A stretch of DNA of 64,000 bases, from positions 128,001 through 192,000 of the forward strand of contig CAWHWQ010000002.1 of NCBI GenBank assembly GCA_963833095.1, given 5' to 3'. A program made the position numbers and the translations under genes. Numbering within the stretch: the first letter of the stretch is position 1; the number at the start of each line of letters is the position of its first letter. Positions 59,482 to 64,000 of this stretch are shown here, in pieces. This stretch comes from Vulcanimicrobiota bacterium (GTDB lineage: Bacteria > Vulcanimicrobiota > Vulcanimicrobiia > Vulcanimicrobiales > Vulcanimicrobiaceae). The notes below the pieces were generated by a model. That model worked only from the letters and a program-made list of their open reading frames with translations. It did not search any database and was not told the DNA's origin.

Positions 59482-60659
59482 GCTACACGCACCTCGTACG
59501 TCTCGATGACATTGCGCAGGTAGCCGCCCGGATTCCAGACCGGCACCGTCGTCTGCGTCACGCCGTTATTGGCCGTCGCGCGGCAGGCGAGCACGTACGA
59601 GGCACCGCGCTTGGCCGTGAAGCCGATCTCCCACGGCCGGAACGAATAGTTGCCAAGGTCGGCTCCAAGCTTTGCTTTGCGCCACGTTACGCCGCCGTCC
59701 AACGAGAACTCGACGGCTTTGATTCCTTTCCCACTATCAAAGGCGATCCCGCGAATCGTTTGCGGGCCGGCCTGCAGTGTTTGTCCGCTCGTGACGCTAG
59801 TGATGAACGATCGCACCGTCATCTTGTTGATCGGGATCGTCGGATAGCCGGTATCGGTTGGGGCGACGGTGTTGCCGGGCGTGTTGGGAATCCGGTACGC
59901 CGTTTTCATCCAAAAGTTGTCGTCGATCGTATCGATCGCCTCAAGCTCGCTAAGCATCTTCATCCAATACGTCGCGTACCACCCCGGCACGACGAGCCGT
60001 ACCGGATAACCGTTGAGCAGCGGCAGCGGCTGACCGTTCATCTCGTAGGCGATAATCATGTTTTCGTCGATGTCATCGATGGAAAGTGCTTTGACGAACG
60101 GCGGCGTTGTCGGAAGCACCGGCTGTTCGAGCCCGCGAAAACGAATCTGCACCGCGCTATCCTTGAGCCCTGCCGCCGCGAGAACGTCGACCAACCGCGC
60201 ACCGGTCCAGCGCGCATTGCCCATCGCGCCGTTGTCCCATTGACCGCCGGGAACGCGCGGCGAAAATAGTCCGCGGCTATTTCCCGAACACTGGTTGACC
60301 GCCACGATCTCCACCCGATCGAATCGAGCGCGTAGATCCTCAACGCTCAGGCTCATCGGCCGCTTTACCGAACCGTGCACCTTGATCCGATGCGTCGCGC
60401 CATCGACAGTCGTTGGAATTCCGGCGAGATGCCAGCGCACGTAAAACGCATCGTTGGGCGTGAGGATGCTTTCGTTAAAGACCGCGAACGGGGTTTCGAG
60501 CTGAGGCGGCCGCGGCGTCAAAACGATCAGCGAACGCTTCTGGGGATACGCCACCAGCGGGCGCGTGCCGTTTTGGAAGGGGAGCGTCACCGTCGCCGTC
60601 GCGGATGCCGCGCCGGCTGAGGCCATTCCAACGAGAAAGTCGAGGCGAGCTAACGTCAT
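59478..60659 (-). CDS. sorA: Sulfite dehydrogenase molybdoenzyme, SorA-like
   Basis: TP..AFYVRWH, QCSGNSR, GAMGNARW.G, LNGYPVRLVVPG, WNPGGYLRN. Confidence 0.88.
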   Translation of the reverse strand: MTLARLDFLVGMASAGAASATATVTLPFQNGTRPLVAYPQKRSLIVLTPRPPQLETPFAVFNESILTPNDAFYVRWHLAGIPTTVDGATHRIKVHGSVKRPMSLSVEDLRARFDRVEIVAVNQCSGNSRGLFSPRVPGGQWDNGAMGNARWTGARLVDVLAAAGLKDSAVQIRFRGLEQPVLPTTPPFVKALSIDDIDENMIIAYEMNGQPLPLLNGYPVRLVVPGWYATYWMKMLSELEAIDTIDDNFWMKTAYRIPNTPGNTVAPTDTGYPTIPINKMTVRSFITSVTSGQTLQAGPQTIRGIAFDSGKGIKAVEFSLDGGVTWRKAKLGADLGNYSFRPWEIGFTAKRGASYVLACRATANNGVTQTTVPVWNPGGYLRNVIETYEVRVA

Positions 60660-60676
60660 GGCGCAACCTCCGTTTC

Positions 60677-61678
60677 CTACTTGAACAAATCTACCATAGG
60701 GTCAACGCTTGGTGCACTCGCCTGCCCCAAATAGTCATGGATGCCGAAGGCGTCTTCGATCGTGCGCAGGAGTGAATAGTGACTGTACGGCGTCGAATCG
60801 ACCACGCCGCGCGGACCGTGATTGGTGATCACCACCGTCGGAATGTGGCCGCCGCCGGCGTTCGAAGGATCGGCCGGATCGTTGCCGCAGCAGCCCTGCG
60901 TGCCGCCGCCGTCGTCTTCATCGAACGTAATCACGATCGCAGCATTGCCTTGCGACCACGCAGATGACGCCATGATCTCACGCGTCAATGTGTCGACCTC
61001 ACGGTCGCCCCGCGCGATGAGCGCGGACGGATTGTCGGTTCGGCAGTCCGCCGGCGTCCCGTTTCGACCGGCGCCGTGCATTTCGTCGCACACGTTGGGC
61101 ACGATAAAACTGAATGCCGGCAGCCGTCCGCTGTGCAAGTCGGCTTCGAGCGCGTCGAACCCAACTAGATGCTCGGCGCGTTTCGGATCGCGCTGAACGC
61201 CTGCGAAGTTGACGAATCCGGAATGTTTCGAAGCGTAGTAGCCCGACACCACGGCGAGCGAACCGGGCGCCGGCAGCGATTCCTCGTAGTTCTTCCACGA
61301 AAGGCCGGCCGCTTCGAGTTGCGTCGCGAGGCTCGGCGCATCGATCGTATGGTTCACGTAGCCCGGCCGATCGCTGTGCGCACAATACGGACGCGAATCA
61401 TTTGGCACGCAGTAGAATGCGTCGTCGTCGCGGATGCCGTAGGTCGAACCGCCGATCATTGCGACGTAGTTCGGCTCGCTCGGATGCGTCTCGGCAAAGA
61501 ATCGCGACGCCGATCCGTAGGTCTTGGCAAGTCGCGTGATCGCCGGCGCATCGCTGCTTCCCACGATCCGCGCGTAGTCTTTGTTCTCTTCGACGATGAC
61601 GAAGATGTGCTGGTAGCGCGGAATGGCCGCATCCGCGGGCATCGTTGCGGCGAGAAGCAAGGCCAACAATCCGATCAT
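60677..61678 (-). CDS. Secreted phosphoesterase (acid phosphatase/phospholipase C superfamily)
   Basis: HIFVIVEENK, HPSEPNY, PNVCDEMH, ITFDE, YSHYSLLRTIED. Confidence 0.88.
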   Translation of the reverse strand: MIGLLALLLAATMPADAAIPRYQHIFVIVEENKDYARIVGSSDAPAITRLAKTYGSASRFFAETHPSEPNYVAMIGGSTYGIRDDDAFYCVPNDSRPYCAHSDRPGYVNHTIDAPSLATQLEAAGLSWKNYEESLPAPGSLAVVSGYYASKHSGFVNFAGVQRDPKRAEHLVGFDALEADLHSGRLPAFSFIVPNVCDEMHGAGRNGTPADCRTDNPSALIARGDREVDTLTREIMASSAWSQGNAAIVITFDEDDGGGTQGCCGNDPADPSNAGGGHIPTVVITNHGPRGVVDSTPYSHYSLLRTIEDAFGIHDYLGQASAPSVDPMVDLFK

Positions 61679-62454
61679 GGATGCATCGACTCCAATTGCG
61701 TCTGCAGCGGTGCGAGCGAAACGGTGATCATGCCGGTTTGCGGCCGATCGTAGTCGATGACCATCTCAAACACGAGCGCCAAAGCGGCGATATAAATCAT
61801 CGAGAAGACCGCCGGGCGCGCCCGGGCGCGCGCAAAACTCAGCCCAAGCGAAAACACTGCGATGAAAATAAGCAGGAGCGTGCTCGCGACCGCGGCGAGC
61901 GGAACGTGCTGGGTCAGAGCCGCCCGTTGCGCGCTCGCATCGTCGATCGTGTCGTTCAAGGTCTGCATCAAGAGCGAATACCCGAGGTTGGTCTCGTGTG
62001 CGCGAAGGTTCTCCGACGTCACGGTCCAGAGAAATTCTTGATCGCGCTCGCTTTCTTTGAGCCGGCGGGAGAAGAGTGCGAAGTCGTGCGGGGCCGAGTA
62101 CGCTTGCAGCCTCGCCTCCGTATATCGGTACAGCGCGCGCCTGAATTCGGCGCGCAGAGGACCGGGCAGCTGCGCTGCGCGCAGCCAGGTGGTTCCAATG
62201 GCGTTCGCCTCCTTGATGACCAGCTGGCGGCGAACGTCGTAGCGACCTTGCGCTTGCGCAAATGAGAAACCCAGCATGAAGGCGACGAGGGCGAGCAGCC
62301 CCGTTTGGATCGCGTTCCATATCTCGTCGTTGGTCTCAAAGTGTTGCACCAGGGGGCCGCCGAACCGATAGGTCAGCTCGAGCACCGCCACCATCAAGAG
62401 CACGACCGGCCCGATAAAGAACACCCAGTTATCGTGGAAAATCAAATCCGACAT
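61675..62454 (-). CDS. Membrane protein, DUF4239/bestrophin-like
   Basis: LL.L.AFMLGFSF..A..RY..RR.....EANAIGT..LR, IDYDRP..G.I.VS..P. Confidence 0.78.
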   Translation of the reverse strand: MSDLIFHDNWVFFIGPVVLLMVAVLELTYRFGGPLVQHFETNDEIWNAIQTGLLALVAFMLGFSFAQAQGRYDVRRQLVIKEANAIGTTWLRAAQLPGPLRAEFRRALYRYTEARLQAYSAPHDFALFSRRLKESERDQEFLWTVTSENLRAHETNLGYSLLMQTLNDTIDDASAQRAALTQHVPLAAVASTLLLIFIAVFSLGLSFARARARPAVFSMIYIAALALVFEMVIDYDRPQTGMITVSLAPLQTQLESMHP

Positions 62455-62497
62455 GCTATCATCTCCGGGGAACTTCGCGCTCGCTTGGGAGGTGTCC

Positions 62498-62950
62498 ATG
62501 AACGCACGATTGGCGTTCGCCGTCTTCTTTCTGATTTCCATTTTTGGCGTGCTGAGCATTGCGCCGGCCGGCGCCACCGGAACGATGCGCGTGCAACAAA
62601 GCAACGGCACCGTTCAGGTCTATCACGACGTCCTGATTCGGGTCGCGCAACGATCCTTACGGATTGGGTCGAAAGATCGCAAAGGCGTGTTGGTGATCGA
62701 CCGCGCGGCCTGCACCTACGCAGGTGCAATCCTGCGCTGCTTACCATCGACCATGAAGCTGGAGCAGAGTGGCCAAACCAAGGAGATCCCGCTCATCACC
62801 GGGACGATTTATGTGAATCTCACCGGCGACGATCAGCAGCTCCGCCACTCTTCGACGCAGCTTGCGCCACATGATATTCTGCTGGCGCTGCAAACCAAGC
62901 GCGGAACCTATGTTTCCCTGCACGGCCACATCGACGAGATACAGCCATGA
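62498..62950 (+). CDS. Hypothetical secreted beta-rich protein
   Basis: GGGAGG RBS, signal peptide, two Cys. Confidence 0.7.
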   Translation: MNARLAFAVFFLISIFGVLSIAPAGATGTMRVQQSNGTVQVYHDVLIRVAQRSLRIGSKDRKGVLVIDRAACTYAGAILRCLPSTMKLEQSGQTKEIPLITGTIYVNLTGDDQQLRHSSTQLAPHDILLALQTKRGTYVSLHGHIDEIQP

Positions 62951-63762
62951 AGTGCGCACGCGCGCTTCCCGCGCTCGTCCTTCTGTTTAGCGTTCCGCTG
63001 ACGGCCCTCGCCGCTCGCGCGCGGCGGCGGCGGCGGCGCGCGGCCCGCGGCGCCGGCGGCGCGACCAGCGGCTCCGGCGGCGCGGCCAGCAGCTCCGGCC
63101 GCGCGTGCCCGGCGGCTCCGAGCGGCGGCTTCAATTTCAACAACGATACGCGACCCCAGTCACCGGCGCAGCGACCCAATCCGCCGGCGCAACACCGAAT
63201 CCACCAGCGCAACGTCCGAATCCGCCGGCACAGCGCCCAATCCGCCGGCGCAACGGCCCAATCCACCGGTGCAACGACCCAATCCGCCGGCGCAACGACC
63301 GAATCCGCCGGCGCAACGATCCGAATCCGCCGGCGCAGCGTCCGCCGAGTCCCAACTACCGTCCGCCGAATTACCGGCCACCGCATACCGTAGTGGTGGT
63401 TAATCCGATCTATCGCGGACCGGCGTGGGGATGGAATCGCGGCGTTGCATGGTATCCCGCACCGGCATACTGGGGCGGCGGCTTTTGGGGCACGCTGGCA
63501 ATCGCCGCAACCTCGGCCGCGGTCTTCGGATACATCGTACGGGCAAAACGATCAGCAGATCGTGTCCTATCAGGTGCAGCCCAATAGCCCCGGCGCACAG
63601 ATGCTGATGAACTATCAGTTAACGCAGACGCAATGCGGGCCACCCAACCTCGTCGTGATCTACGGTCCGGATAACAGCGTGATCTGCGCCTACCCCAACA
63701 ACTTGGTATCGGCCGGAACCTACAGCCTCGATCCCTCGACGCTCACGCTCTCCTCGTACTGA
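62947..63762 (+). CDS. Secreted Gly/Pro-rich repeat protein broken by several frameshifts
   Basis: Signal peptide, poly-Gly, QRPNPPA repeats, WGWNRG..W.P...YWGGGFWG, C-terminal domain with two Cys, spread over three frames. Confidence 0.7.
63160..63350 (+). repeat. Imperfect 21-bp coding tandem repeat (PAQRPNP)
   Basis: Recurrent CCGGCGCAACGnCCnAATCCG, about 8-9 copies. Confidence 0.85.
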
Positions 63763-63775
63763 CGGGGCGGCGAGC

Positions 63776-64000
63776 ATGAACGAGAACGAACGCATCACAG
63801 CAGGCAAGGCGTTACGGCGTAAGGTGCTGGGCGATGCATACGTCGATCGTCCCGGTCCGCAACCAACCAAATTTGCGGCCGCATTCGCGGAGTTCGCGAA
63901 CGAGCATTGCTGGGCGAACGTTTGGATCCGTCCGGGGCTGGATCTGCGCACGCGTAGCATGCTCAATCTCGCGATGCTCGCGTCGCTTGCGCGTTGGCCC
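63776..64000 (+). CDS. Carboxymuconolactone decarboxylase family protein, partial
   Basis: Manual translation G..LRRKVLGDAYVDR..EHCWANVWIRPGLDLRTRSMLNLAML. Confidence 0.85.
   Translation, partial: MNENERITAGKALRRKVLGDAYVDRPGPQPTKFAAAFAEFANEHCWANVWIRPGLDLRTRSMLNLAMLASLARWP

Overview
A 64-kb, GC-rich bacterial chromosomal window. Gene style and content suggest a soil diderm Terrabacterium such as Ca. Eremiobacterota (WPS-2), but that is inference and was not tested. Bases 1-18.1 kb are on the minus strand: a tightly overlapping dcw operon (mraZ-rsmH-ftsL-ftsI-murE-murF-[CofE-like ligase]-mraY-murD-ftsW-[DUF2332]-murG-murC-murB-ddl, with no ftsQAZ), then a Tat amidohydrolase and citrate synthase. 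Upstream of mraZ are MraZ-box-like repeats and a probable IS21-like remnant. The rest is accessory and metabolic: clpP, a BBE-like flavoprotein, msrA, a hybrid HK-REC-PP2C-RsbW protein facing a wHTH+2xDUF5985 module, a GGDEF-EAL protein, a PaoABC-like molybdoenzyme, an mqo/aquaporin/fumC/AEC cluster, a MacAB-like exporter, a YXWGXW protein, a LuxR/REC-flanked run encoding an Ig-like protein, a stalk-domain beta-barrel and a DUF3494 ice-binding-like lipoprotein, a SigK/RskA pair and SorAB. The best candidates for undescribed biology are (i) two non-canonical enzymes translationally coupled inside the dcw operon, possibly modifying peptidoglycan, and (ii) the barrel plus ice-binding-lipoprotein locus, possibly a surface-display system. 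Several single-base frameshifts, one in essential ftsI, look like assembly errors. Family assignments come from motif recognition by eye; no searches were run. No rRNA, tRNA or CRISPR array was seen.
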